A stretch of DNA of 64,000 nt from a virus (Duplodnaviria > Caudoviricetes), in the IMG/VR virus record IMGVR_UViG_3300005841_000939; one strand, 5' to 3'. Within the stretch, counting starts at the first letter, position 1; each line of letters opens with the position of its first letter. The position numbers and the translations under genes were made by a program. The notes below the pieces were generated by a model. It saw nothing but the letters and a program-made list of their open reading frames with translations, had not been told where the DNA came from and did no database searches. Below, piece by piece: positions 38,693-48,822 of the stretch.

Positions 38693-39492
38693 AGAACTAC
38701 TTCGGTCCACAAAGTGGTATCGGAGATAAGGCAGTATATTTAGCTGAAAAACCATTTGTAACCATTCAGGGTGAAGGTCCAAATGCTGGTAAGAATACAA
38801 TTTTCATCAGATTTTTTGGTTGTAACCTAGCAAATAGTTGCGGTGTTGATTGGTGTGATTCGGGTCACTCATTCTATACTGACAACGAATTAAAGAAGGA
38901 TCCTATAACTGGTAATCCAACAGAATATCCACCAAAACCTGATCGTTTGACGTATGCATCGGTTGAAAAATTTTGTGAAGTTATTTTTGAATTGGATTCA
39001 ATCGCCAAATTTAATAATATTGTATTTACGGGTGGTGAACCTTTATTGTGGCAGATGACTATTGCAAAAATTCTTGGCTATCTCAAGAATCAATATAATA
39101 GAACAGTAACTGTTGAAATAGAAACAAATGGAACTATTCAAATTGAACCAGAATTAACTGATTGGTTTAGAATGGTACATTTCAATATTTCTCCAAAAGT
39201 ACACGTTGTTAAGAAGTTTCCACTTGTTGAACAACTATCAACAAAAACGTTTGATCATGACGATTGGATCATAAAATTCGTTTATGAAGATGATGAAACC
39301 GAAGATCAAATTGCAAGTTTTATTAAAAAGTATGACATTGAAAACCATAAGGTTTATATAATGCCAGAAGGTATTACTACCGAAGTTCAAATTAAAAAAA
39401 TGCAACCTATAGCAGAATGGTGTATTAACAAGGGTTATAATTTTAGTCCAAGACTTCACGTACTTATTTGGAATTTAGCTAAAGGCATCTGA
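38689..39492 (+). CDS. queE: 7-carboxy-7-deazaguanine synthase (radical SAM)
   Basis: TIQGEG..FIRFFGCNL..C....CDS, FTGGEP, IETNGT, ISPK, PRLH; ATGA overlap at 38689. Confidence 0.9.
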   Translation: MKNYFGPQSGIGDKAVYLAEKPFVTIQGEGPNAGKNTIFIRFFGCNLANSCGVDWCDSGHSFYTDNELKKDPITGNPTEYPPKPDRLTYASVEKFCEVIFELDSIAKFNNIVFTGGEPLLWQMTIAKILGYLKNQYNRTVTVEIETNGTIQIEPELTDWFRMVHFNISPKVHVVKKFPLVEQLSTKTFDHDDWIIKFVYEDDETEDQIASFIKKYDIENHKVYIMPEGITTEVQIKKMQPIAEWCINKGYNFSPRLHVLIWNLAKGI

Positions 39493-40808
39493 TGAAAACT
39501 ATCACAGTAAATAATTTACTAGATACGCAATATAAAGCGTTCTCATTTTATACCCTAGAATTTCGCGCATTACCATATCTATCAGATGGATTGAAACCAG
39601 TTGCACGTAGATCAATTTGGATTGCAAATAAATTAGCAAAAGCTGAATATGTAAAGGTTGCTAAACTTGCTGGTGCAGTTTTATCAATTCATCCACATGG
39701 ATCCACATCTGTTGAAGATTGTATTTCAGGTATGGCCCAAGATTTTTGTGGTGCAAATAATGTAAATTATTTTCATGGCAAAGGTGCATTTGGTTCAAAG
39801 ATTGCTGGTCCAGGTAACGCTATTGGCGCGGCACGTTATGTTTCTGTCAAGTTATCAGAAAACTTTCACAAGATCATGGGACGTGATTTTGATTTGGTTA
39901 AAACAAAACCTGGATATGATGATTCAGAAGTTGAACCTGTAAGTTTCTTACCAATTGTTCCAACTGTTTTATTGAACCCATTGCAAGGTATCGCTGTTGG
40001 TTTTGCATGTACTATCCTTCCAAGAAAATTGGAAGATGTTATTCATTGTCAATTGGCACATTTGTCTGGAAAGGGATTCAGAGAACCAGATGTACATTAT
40101 GAAGGATTCAAAGGTACAGTAACAAAGACTGGCGATAATTCTTGGGAAACCAGGGGCGTGTTCACTCGCACTGGTCGTAAGTTGACTATTACTGAATTGC
40201 CAATTGGTTACACTAGAGAGTCATACATACGTGTTCTTGATGCATTAGAAGAAAAAGAAATCATTTCATCATACACTGATGACTGTACATCAGACTTTTT
40301 GTTTAGCGTAAACATCAAAGCAGAATTAAAAACTGATGAAGAAATTTACGAAAAATTCAAGTTAATTGGATCCTTATCAGAAAATATTACTTTAATAGAT
40401 TTTAATGGTAAAGTCAGAAAAATGACTGTTACAGAAATCATCAAAGAATTCACTGATGTTCGTTTCAAAATATATTTTGAACGATTCAAAAAAGAATTCA
40501 TGGATAATAGGGATGAATTTGAATTTAAACGTGATCTTCTTAAGGTAATAAAGAAGGGTTTATTTAAGAAGTTTCCAGACTTAAAGAAAAATGAAATTGC
40601 TGATTTGTTGATAGAGAATGAAATTAAAGAAAAGAACATTGCTAGAATAATCCAAACCCCAATTTATAGATTTGGTAAGGACGAAGTTGATCGTCTAGAA
40701 GAAGAGTTACAGAAGTTGAAGACCCTAATTGAATATTTAGTAACTCTTTGCAAGGATGAAGAATTGCGAAAAGTTGAATATGTTAAGGAATTAAAAGAAT
40801 TGAGATAA
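39492..40808 (+). CDS. gp52: Type II topoisomerase medium subunit (GyrA-like)
   Basis: DGLKPVARR, HPHG, AARY, GIAVGF, ITELP. Confidence 0.95.
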   Translation: MKTITVNNLLDTQYKAFSFYTLEFRALPYLSDGLKPVARRSIWIANKLAKAEYVKVAKLAGAVLSIHPHGSTSVEDCISGMAQDFCGANNVNYFHGKGAFGSKIAGPGNAIGAARYVSVKLSENFHKIMGRDFDLVKTKPGYDDSEVEPVSFLPIVPTVLLNPLQGIAVGFACTILPRKLEDVIHCQLAHLSGKGFREPDVHYEGFKGTVTKTGDNSWETRGVFTRTGRKLTITELPIGYTRESYIRVLDALEEKEIISSYTDDCTSDFLFSVNIKAELKTDEEIYEKFKLIGSLSENITLIDFNGKVRKMTVTEIIKEFTDVRFKIYFERFKKEFMDNRDEFEFKRDLLKVIKKGLFKKFPDLKKNEIADLLIENEIKEKNIARIIQTPIYRFGKDEVDRLEEELQKLKTLIEYLVTLCKDEELRKVEYVKELKELR

Positions 40809-40839
40809 ACGTTAGAATAAGACAAGATTGGAGTCGTTC

Positions 40840-41682
40840 ATGACCAATATTGTCTTTATTCAACCAATTTTTGCACCAGATGAGGGCATATCGGAGAGAA
40901 ATGTAAATTCTCTTCAATCTATTAAAAATTATATTGATGTGAATGGCCTAGATGGTTGCAATGTTCAGGTGATCATTGGTGGATGGGCTAGAACCGATGC
41001 ATTGTGGCAAAAAATGGTAGCAAAATGTAAAGAAGTATTTGGTGCAACATACGAACCAATCCGATTTGATAAGAATTATGGTAAAGCAATAGTTGTTAAT
41101 AAGCTTTATGAAGTTGCTCGCAAAAATGGTGTAAATCCTGATTTCTTGTTTACATGTGATTCAGATATTCTTTTTCAACCTGAACAAAAACATATGTTTT
41201 TGCGTTTAGTGGCAGCAGCTAATCATTTAACAGAAGTTAAAAAGATTCCATTTGGAATGATTTCATTAAATCAACTTTCTGGTAATTGTCATTGGCCAGT
41301 GTGCTATCAAAATCAGATTACATATACAATGTCAGTTAATGCGACTGAAAAATTTGAAGAAAAAATGGTTTGGCCAAATACACCAAGTGGAATTGCTGGC
41401 GGCTGTCTCTTTTTAAGTCGCGCTTTTTGGGATACAGTTGGTGGATATAAAGTATTTGGCGTATATTCTGGTGATGATGCATATTTACTTTTAGAATGTG
41501 GAAAACGTGGTTGGTCATATCAAATGGCTGATACAATTTCAATTATCCATCCAAATGAAAATGATGCAGAATATTCAGCTTGGAAGCACAAAGTCTGTGG
41601 TCGTGATATGATGTCAGGATTTAAACAAAATATTGATAATATCATTCAAGAAGCAGATGCATTTTGGGATGCAAAGAAATGA
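40840..41682 (+). CDS. GT-A glycosyltransferase (GT2/GT7C-like)
   Basis: NYGKA, CDSDI, GGCLF..VGGY..YSGDD; GGAG SD before 40840. Confidence 0.75.
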   Translation: MTNIVFIQPIFAPDEGISERNVNSLQSIKNYIDVNGLDGCNVQVIIGGWARTDALWQKMVAKCKEVFGATYEPIRFDKNYGKAIVVNKLYEVARKNGVNPDFLFTCDSDILFQPEQKHMFLRLVAAANHLTEVKKIPFGMISLNQLSGNCHWPVCYQNQITYTMSVNATEKFEEKMVWPNTPSGIAGGCLFLSRAFWDTVGGYKVFGVYSGDDAYLLLECGKRGWSYQMADTISIIHPNENDAEYSAWKHKVCGRDMMSGFKQNIDNIIQEADAFWDAKK

Positions 41683-42299
41683 AAATAGCAATCGTATGCA
41701 ATGGATGGAAATGTCGTTTGAAAGAAAATGGTACATTCATTGATTCATGTGATTATGTCATTCGCATGAATAGATTTAATTTAGAAGGATTTGAAAAATA
41801 CGTTGGATCTAAAACAAGTGCAGTATCACTAATGATAACTGGTGAAGGAACAACATCTGGAATTCTTGGACATGATCCTTTATTAAAATATGTACCAGAC
41901 GCCAAACATATTTGGATTCCTGACAAATATCGTGCAGAGCATCAGCATCAAAGAAATAGGGCAGCGGATCATTATCGTAAATCATTAGATGATTTTTTAT
42001 TTGTTGATGGCATAGTTTATGACAGACTTTATAATAAGATGCAATCATTATCTGAGGGTAAAGGTGTTAGACGAGAATGGTATTATCCTGATTCAGGGAT
42101 GACTAATATAGAAACAGCTTTATATAGATTTCCTAATTCACAAATATTTGTTTTTGGATTTGATCCTCATCGCAAACATCCATACAAATATTATTGGGAC
42201 AACAGTGAAGATGGTTTTGCTGAAAATGAACATCCACAAGTAGCGGAATCAATTTTGTTTGATGAATATATAGAAAAGGGTTTAGTTCATGAGCTTTGA
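41679..42299 (+). CDS. GT29 (sialyltransferase-like) protein
   Basis: IAIVCNG..G.FIDSCDYVIRMN resembles sialylmotif L; SGM, GFD..Y..Y, H...E. Confidence 0.7.
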   Translation: MKIAIVCNGWKCRLKENGTFIDSCDYVIRMNRFNLEGFEKYVGSKTSAVSLMITGEGTTSGILGHDPLLKYVPDAKHIWIPDKYRAEHQHQRNRAADHYRKSLDDFLFVDGIVYDRLYNKMQSLSEGKGVRREWYYPDSGMTNIETALYRFPNSQIFVFGFDPHRKHPYKYYWDNSEDGFAENEHPQVAESILFDEYIEKGLVHEL

Positions 42300-43062
42300 T
42301 TTACGCCAAAGTACTTTCATAATTCCATATAAGTATGATACTCCTGAAAGACTTAGGAATATTAATGCTGTAGTGACCTATTTACAAAAGCATTTACAAA
42401 CAAATATCATGGTTTGGGAAGAAGGTCCAAATTCAACGTACAAACCACATTCTGGCGTAGATTATACATACGTGCAGTCAACTGGTGAATTATTTCATCG
42501 TACTGCAATTCTTAATAAATTAACAAAGAAAACAGTCACCCCTGTTGTTTTTGTTTATGATACTGATGTTTTACTTGATCCTGCACAATATGTTGCTGCA
42601 CAAGAAATAATTGTTTCTAGAGGGGCTGATATGGTTTTTCCATATGATGGCCGTTTTTTAAATATTCATAATCCTGATATTATTAATTATGTAATACAAA
42701 CCTTGTCAGTTGCGGGACTTAATAATGAAACGGATACATCAGTAAATCATCCTAATAGTGTTGGTGGAGCAATCGCTTTCAAGCGTGAATCATATTTTAG
42801 ATTTGGTTTAGAGAATGAAAATTTTGTTAGCTGGGGCTGGGAAGATAATGAGAGAATAACACGAATTCAAAAGCTTGGTGGATCTATAATTCGCATTCGT
42901 GGTCCACTTTTCCACTTGAATCATCCATCATCAACAAACAGTGCTAATACATCACATAAACCTTATTTTGATAATCAGCAAGAGTATATAAAAGTGGCAA
43001 ACATGCCACCCGAACAATTACGGGCATATATTAATTCATGGCCCTGGAGATTTGATGAATGA
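42289..43062 (+). CDS. GT7C/GT2-like glycosyltransferase, paralog 1
   Basis: IIPY..RLRN, YDTDV, GG, ENENFVSWGWEDNER, LFHLNH. Confidence 0.85.
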   Translation: MSFDLRQSTFIIPYKYDTPERLRNINAVVTYLQKHLQTNIMVWEEGPNSTYKPHSGVDYTYVQSTGELFHRTAILNKLTKKTVTPVVFVYDTDVLLDPAQYVAAQEIIVSRGADMVFPYDGRFLNIHNPDIINYVIQTLSVAGLNNETDTSVNHPNSVGGAIAFKRESYFRFGLENENFVSWGWEDNERITRIQKLGGSIIRIRGPLFHLNHPSSTNSANTSHKPYFDNQQEYIKVANMPPEQLRAYINSWPWRFDE

Positions 43063-43835
43063 TTTCTTTAACTGATGTAACATTTACCATACCAGTTAAG
43101 TTTGATTCCAATGATAGAAAAAGGAATCTAGCAACTATAGTAGGGTATCTTCTTAAAAATTTCAATACAAATATAATAATTCTTGAAGATGGCCCTCATC
43201 ATGCCGTTCAAGATGTATTGTCGGAGTATAATAAAAAATATACTCACATATTTGTAAAAAAGACTAATAATGATTTGATGCATAGAACCATGTATTTAAA
43301 TTTCATGGCAAAGGAAGCAAAGACACCAATCATTGTTAATTATGATACTGATGTTTTATTGCCAATTGATCAATATGTTAAGTCGGTGGATTTAATTCGC
43401 AATGGAATAGCTGATGGTGTTTATCCTTATGCTGGAAAATTTATCAATATAGAAGGTCAGCTTCAAGAGCTAGTTATAAAAAATAAATCTCTCATGGGCA
43501 TCACGGAATCAAGTGGGCGCTGCTTGGCAGAAAATAGTTATGGTGGATGTGTTTTTTGGAATAAAGATAAATTCATACAAGGTGGAATGGAAAACGAAAA
43601 CTTTATTTCTTGGGGACCTGAAGATTTGGAACGTTATATCAGATTTACAAAAATGGGATATAAGATTCAACGTATACCTGGTGTACTTTACCATTTGAAT
43701 CATCAAAAGAGTTTAAATAGTGCAAATATGCAGCACTCTGCATTTCAAAATAATGAAGCTGAATATCAAAAAGTTAAGAATATGCATCCTGAAGAGTTGA
43801 AAAATTATATAAAATCTTGGAAATGGATGTCATGA
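43059..43835 (+). CDS. GT7C/GT2-like glycosyltransferase, paralog 2
   Basis: YDTDV, GGCVF, ENENFISWGPEDLER, LYHLNH. Confidence 0.85.
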   Translation: MISLTDVTFTIPVKFDSNDRKRNLATIVGYLLKNFNTNIIILEDGPHHAVQDVLSEYNKKYTHIFVKKTNNDLMHRTMYLNFMAKEAKTPIIVNYDTDVLLPIDQYVKSVDLIRNGIADGVYPYAGKFINIEGQLQELVIKNKSLMGITESSGRCLAENSYGGCVFWNKDKFIQGGMENENFISWGPEDLERYIRFTKMGYKIQRIPGVLYHLNHQKSLNSANMQHSAFQNNEAEYQKVKNMHPEELKNYIKSWKWMS

Positions 43836-44689
43836 ACGAAATACGATTAAGATTAATTGAATCTGATAATGGTGATTGGTCAACCCAATTTATTTCATGG
43901 AATGCTGGCAAAGATACTTATAAAAATATAAAAATAGTAAATGATGATTCATACACACACTTGGCATTATTCAATGATGTGTACATGCAAACGAATATTC
44001 CCAAAGAAAATGTTGTTGGATTTGTAACAGAGCCAAACTATTTTGAACGAATAAAAAAATATCAATCATTCGTTATAGAAAATATAAAAACATTTTATAG
44101 TTATAAATTGGATGAGCTGGATCCAATTCATTTCAAGTTTGGAATGTCATATTTGGGTCCAATAAAGCCACCAATTGATGCATCATTGCCACCAAAAACA
44201 AAAAAGATGTCTTTCCTAGCATCTAACAAGACATATTTTCCTGGTCATAGATTTCGGCACATATTAATTCATCATATTTTAAAAACCAATATGGATATTG
44301 ACATTTATGGCCGTGGATTGGAAACATTGTACCATGATCCAAGAATTAAAGGTACATTAGGATATGACGAAAAGTCAAAAGCATACGATGATTATCAGTT
44401 TACTATTTCAATAGAGAATGATTTCCTACCATATTGGGTTAGTGAAAAATATTGGGACCCTATTCTTTGTGGATGTATTCCACTATATTTGGGTGCTGAA
44501 AAAATTGATGAAATCTTTAGTGGACATAGTCACTATATCTTGAGAAAAGACACAGCATTTGACCAAATTGCTTGGATTTATAATAATTTTGACTCAATTA
44601 AAGATGATAAATCAGCAATTTTTAGTCAAAGTATCATCAAAAAAACACATAATATGCCTGAATTTATTTGGCAGCATTTTAACCATTAA
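43832..44689 (+). CDS. GT10 (alpha-1,3-fucosyltransferase-like) protein
   Basis: SFLASN..R..IDIYG..K..YQFTISIEN..YWVSEK.WD.ILCGCIPLYLG. Confidence 0.8.
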   Translation: MNEIRLRLIESDNGDWSTQFISWNAGKDTYKNIKIVNDDSYTHLALFNDVYMQTNIPKENVVGFVTEPNYFERIKKYQSFVIENIKTFYSYKLDELDPIHFKFGMSYLGPIKPPIDASLPPKTKKMSFLASNKTYFPGHRFRHILIHHILKTNMDIDIYGRGLETLYHDPRIKGTLGYDEKSKAYDDYQFTISIENDFLPYWVSEKYWDPILCGCIPLYLGAEKIDEIFSGHSHYILRKDTAFDQIAWIYNNFDSIKDDKSAIFSQSIIKKTHNMPEFIWQHFNH

Positions 44690-44706
44690 TCATATAGAAT
44701 ACTTAC

Positions 44707-45600
44707 ATGGAAAATACATTCATTTGGACTGAAATTTATAATTGCGGTAAGATTGCAAAAATTGCTTTGGAAAGTTTTTTCCATTGGCATCCTGATACAC
44801 GTATTCATGTATATGGATCACAAGAAGATTTTAAGTGGATCGCTGAATTTAAAGACAAAATAACTTTTTACGATATTCCAGAATTTATTAAAGAACGTTT
44901 TAGAACTGGACATTGGGGTACTGCATCATTATGGGCTGCACTTATTCAAAGTCGTCCTGAAAGATGGTTCATACATTTTGATTCTGATGTTGTTTTCAGA
45001 AATGAATCACTTTCTGATTTGTATAAGGCTGTAGAAGAAGGACATAGTGTAGCTGGTCCAATTAGAAATTACAAACACAATCCAAATAATCGGGATGATT
45101 GCAGACATTTACCTGATCTATCACAAACAGTATTTTTCGTTTTTGATAAAGAAAAAATCAAGAAATATGAATATGAAACATTTGCCAGAATGTGTCAAGG
45201 TACAAATAATCCATACAACCATCCAATGATTGATTTCTTTGATCCAGTCATGTTTGACATCATTTATAATGGTGGAACTATTAAGCATTTGGAACATAAT
45301 GACTACGGTGGATGCGATTATTTCGGTAAACGTATTACCAATAAATATGGTGAAATAAATCGTTGGATTGATTTTGGAGATAAATTAGCACATTTTAGTG
45401 CTGTAGGTTCTGGTATGAACTTTTATCACCACGCAGACAAAATAGTCAATGTACCTATTGGTTATGTCAATTATGCAGTTGAACGTTATGCACTATATTG
45501 TAAAATATTTTACAACGAAGACTTGGGCATACCAATTGATCAAGTAAAATATGGTCCATTTTTAAACTTGAGTCGCAATATGTGGTTTGGATTGGAATAA
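44707..45600 (+). CDS. Putative GT-A glycosyltransferase
   Basis: FIHFDSDVVF DxD motif; position in the island; TAGAAT 6 nt before the ATG. Confidence 0.55.
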   Translation: MENTFIWTEIYNCGKIAKIALESFFHWHPDTRIHVYGSQEDFKWIAEFKDKITFYDIPEFIKERFRTGHWGTASLWAALIQSRPERWFIHFDSDVVFRNESLSDLYKAVEEGHSVAGPIRNYKHNPNNRDDCRHLPDLSQTVFFVFDKEKIKKYEYETFARMCQGTNNPYNHPMIDFFDPVMFDIIYNGGTIKHLEHNDYGGCDYFGKRITNKYGEINRWIDFGDKLAHFSAVGSGMNFYHHADKIVNVPIGYVNYAVERYALYCKIFYNEDLGIPIDQVKYGPFLNLSRNMWFGLE

Positions 45601-45603
45601 TAC

Positions 45604-46332
45604 ATGAGCGACTTAACTAATCCAAAAATTCTCAATTTCCTATCAGTATTGAAATTCAATATAAGTAAAGAACCTTTTATTATTGATATTGGAACTGGAC
45701 GTGGAGATTTTGTAAGTCACTGTCGTCATGGTGGATTAGGTGTTCATGGTACAATTGGCCATTATGAAGTATTTGAACCAATTGATTATAACATTCATGA
45801 TTTAGTAAAACGTTTCGCTAGTAATAAAGTTGTGGTAAATCCATTCGCAATTGATCTTGAAGATGGTGAAGGTACATTTCATCTTATAGGAAATAGAACA
45901 CCAGAAGATGCAATGAGTAGTTTGCACAATAGACCAGCATTTGCTAACTTTCCACGTCAAGAAATAACAGTAAAAAAGAAACGTATGGATACTTGGTGGT
46001 CTGAAAGATTTCCAAATGCTACCGCAGGAATTATTGATCTAATTAATATTGATACCGAGGGTAACGAACTCAGAGTATTGCAAAGTTTTGGTGCAATACT
46101 TGATGGCAATATTCATGCAAGAGCAATTCAATTCAAATATGGTTTATGTTGGAAAGATAGTGGAGCATCTATCAAAGATATGAAAGCTTTACTTGATAAC
46201 AAAGGTTATGCTTTATTTGAACACCTTACATTTGAAGGTGGCAGACCATTGAATATAATAGAAGACGATTACGAAACCAGAACACATGACGTATTTTTTG
46301 CTGTCAGCAAGAAACTTTGGAACATAAAATGA
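45604..46332 (+). CDS. FkbM-family SAM methyltransferase
   Basis: IIDIGTGRG, VFEP, NIDTEGNEL.VL. Confidence 0.85.
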   Translation: MSDLTNPKILNFLSVLKFNISKEPFIIDIGTGRGDFVSHCRHGGLGVHGTIGHYEVFEPIDYNIHDLVKRFASNKVVVNPFAIDLEDGEGTFHLIGNRTPEDAMSSLHNRPAFANFPRQEITVKKKRMDTWWSERFPNATAGIIDLINIDTEGNELRVLQSFGAILDGNIHARAIQFKYGLCWKDSGASIKDMKALLDNKGYALFEHLTFEGGRPLNIIEDDYETRTHDVFFAVSKKLWNIK

Positions 46333-47123
46333 TTGATCTAAAAGACTGTACACTCATAATTCCAGTAAGATTTGATGGCCCTGATCGCTTCAGAAATGTT
46401 GATATTGTATTGAATTACGTATCAAAATTTTGTGATACAAATTTTCTTATCTGTGAACATGATGATGAAACGAAAATAAAACCAGAATACTTAGAAATTC
46501 CTAACGTTAAACATTTGTTTATTCCAACAACCGATGCATTATTTTATAAAACAAAGTGCATAAATGATGCTGTTAAGCAAATTGAAACACCATTTTTTGC
46601 TATCTATGATGCTGATGTTATCATGCCGCCAGAGCAATATGAGCACACAATAAACGCTCTCCGTAATGCTCGCATGGACATTGTGTATCCATATGATGGC
46701 AATTTTTTAAATGTACCTATTTTCACGATTGGAAAGATTCGTCGTGAACTTGATACTAGTTTTATCAATCAACATCACTGTAAGCCAGGATTTGGTATGC
46801 CTGAACTAAACACCAATAAAGGTTCAGTTGGTGGCTGTGTATTTTTCAATAAAGAAAGTTTTATTGAAGGTGGAATGATGAATGAAAACATGATTTCATA
46901 TGGTCCAGAAGATGCAGAAGTATTTTGGAGATTTAGAGCATTAGATTATAAATTGCATCGTGTGAGTGGTCCATTGTATCATCTAACACATGCTCGCGGT
47001 CTAAATAGTGGAGAATCCCACCCAAATGCTGAAAAGAATCATGAAGAATTTCAACTTATCATGAGATTAGATAAAGAAGATTTGAAGGCATATGTAGCAA
47101 CTTGGAAATGGACAAAAGAATGA
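46329..47123 (+). CDS. GT7C/GT2-like glycosyltransferase, paralog 3
   Basis: YDADV, GGCVF, NENMISYGPEDAE, LYHLTH. Confidence 0.85.
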   Translation: MIDLKDCTLIIPVRFDGPDRFRNVDIVLNYVSKFCDTNFLICEHDDETKIKPEYLEIPNVKHLFIPTTDALFYKTKCINDAVKQIETPFFAIYDADVIMPPEQYEHTINALRNARMDIVYPYDGNFLNVPIFTIGKIRRELDTSFINQHHCKPGFGMPELNTNKGSVGGCVFFNKESFIEGGMMNENMISYGPEDAEVFWRFRALDYKLHRVSGPLYHLTHARGLNSGESHPNAEKNHEEFQLIMRLDKEDLKAYVATWKWTKE

Positions 47124-47911
47124 CTCAAGCAAAAATAAATCTAAAAGATTTAACTTTTACTATTCCTGTTAGATATGATACAGATGATAGAATCAGAAAT
47201 CTGATAGCCCTTTTAAACTATTTGACGCATTGGTTTGACACAAATATCATTGTTTGGGAAGAAGATAATGCACCTAAATTTCACACATTTCTTCAATCAT
47301 ACCCAAATGTAAAGTATGTTTTCAAACAAGCTGAAAATGATATTTTCTTTCGCACACGGATTTTAAATGATATGGCAAGAATGGCTGATACTCCATATAT
47401 TGCTAATTATGATTGTGATTGTATTTTATATCCTCAACAATATGTTGATGCAGTTAATCAATTAAGAAATAACACAAGTGATATTTGTACTGCATTTACA
47501 TCTTTTACATTTGATGTTCCAAAACAATTTCATTCTCGCATTATTCAAGAACGTAGTGTATTTTGGTTACATCCAAATCAATGCGTATGCGTAAATAGTA
47601 CAGCAGTTGCAATGGGTGGTTGTGTTTTCTGGAATAAAGCAAAGTTCATTGAAGCTGGTATGGAAAATGAAAACTTTGTTTCTTGGGGTCCAGAAGATCA
47701 GGAACGTGTTCACCGCGCATTAAAATTGGGTATGCGTTATACCAGAGCACAAGGTATATTATTCCATTTGCAGCATGATCGTTTACAAAATAGTGGCGAT
47801 GGTCATAGATTTATCACTCAAAACAATAAAGAGTTTGAGAAGATTAAACAAATGGATAGCGCACAATTGCGTTCTTATATTGCAACTTGGCCGTGGGTTT
47901 CGCGAAAGTAA
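47120..47911 (+). CDS. GT7C/GT2-like glycosyltransferase, paralog 4
   Basis: YDCDC, GGCVF, ENENFVSWGPEDQER, LFHLQH. Confidence 0.85.
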   Translation: MTQAKINLKDLTFTIPVRYDTDDRIRNLIALLNYLTHWFDTNIIVWEEDNAPKFHTFLQSYPNVKYVFKQAENDIFFRTRILNDMARMADTPYIANYDCDCILYPQQYVDAVNQLRNNTSDICTAFTSFTFDVPKQFHSRIIQERSVFWLHPNQCVCVNSTAVAMGGCVFWNKAKFIEAGMENENFVSWGPEDQERVHRALKLGMRYTRAQGILFHLQHDRLQNSGDGHRFITQNNKEFEKIKQMDSAQLRSYIATWPWVSRK

Positions 47912-48822
47912 GCAATAGTTTTATCTAAACCAGAATCCAAATTTATTGTTGGGTTCCATTTAAGCTGGGCATTCGCTAATGTGATGTCCGGCTTTCTTTG
48001 TTTTGGATCATCCTTGGGGAGTGGTTCAAATACAATTTTTGATTGTGATCCAGTTTTTTGAATTATTTTTTCAGCCAATTCAAGCATTGTAAATTCACCT
48101 GGATTCCCAATATTGATTGGCCCATTTACTTTTTTAGCCGATTGCATCATTTGAAATATACCTGCAATAGTATCATCAACGTAACCAAATGATCTTGTTT
48201 GTTGACCTTGACCATAGATGGTAATTGGCTTATTGTTTAATGCTTGCATGATGAAATTTGAAACAACTCTTCCATCATTTGCTGCCATTCTTGGGCCATA
48301 TGTATTGAATAATCTAACGATTTTCCATTCAAGTTTGTGCTTCTTACCAAATTCCATTATCATTGTTTCAGCAGCACGTTTACCTTCGTCATAACAACTA
48401 CGCGGCCCTTGAGTATTTACATTACCCCAATATGTTTCGGGTTGAGGATGAATTGATGGATCACCATATACTTCGCTTGTTGATGTATATAAAAATTTAG
48501 CTCTATTGGTTTTGGCAATTTCTAATATATTTCTTGTACCTTTTACACATGTATCAAATGTGTAAAGTGGATCTTTCTGATACCAAATTGGACTTGCAGG
48601 GCACGCTAAATGATAAACTTGATCAATTGAACCAAAATCTATTGTATCGTTTACATCACCATTGATGAATATAAATTGTTTATTTCCTTCTAATTCTTTG
48701 ATATTTTCATAACTACTGGAATAAAGATTATCTAAACAAAGCACAGTATGTCCTTTGCTAATGAGTAATCTTGTTAAATTGCTGCCAAGAAAGCCAGCAC
48801 CACCAGTAATTAGAATTCTCAT
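47875..48822 (-). CDS. uxs: UDP-glucuronate decarboxylase (UDP-xylose synthase)
   Basis: GGAGFLG, HLACPASP..YQ, TSTSEVYG, RSCYDEGKR, DGRVVSNF, DDPKQRKPDI. Confidence 0.93.
   Translation of the reverse strand: MRILITGGAGFLGSNLTRLLISKGHTVLCLDNLYSSSYENIKELEGNKQFIFINGDVNDTIDFGSIDQVYHLACPASPIWYQKDPLYTFDTCVKGTRNILEIAKTNRAKFLYTSTSEVYGDPSIHPQPETYWGNVNTQGPRSCYDEGKRAAETMIMEFGKKHKLEWKIVRLFNTYGPRMAANDGRVVSNFIMQALNNKPITIYGQGQQTRSFGYVDDTIAGIFQMMQSAKKVNGPINIGNPGEFTMLELAEKIIQKTGSQSKIVFEPLPKDDPKQRKPDITLANAQLKWNPTINLDSGLDKTIAYFRETHGQVAI

Noticed and set aside
3280-40808. Introns, inteins or homing endonucleases in nrdA/B, polymerase, helicase, topoisomerase
   Set aside because: All are contiguous with normal lengths and no splice motifs.
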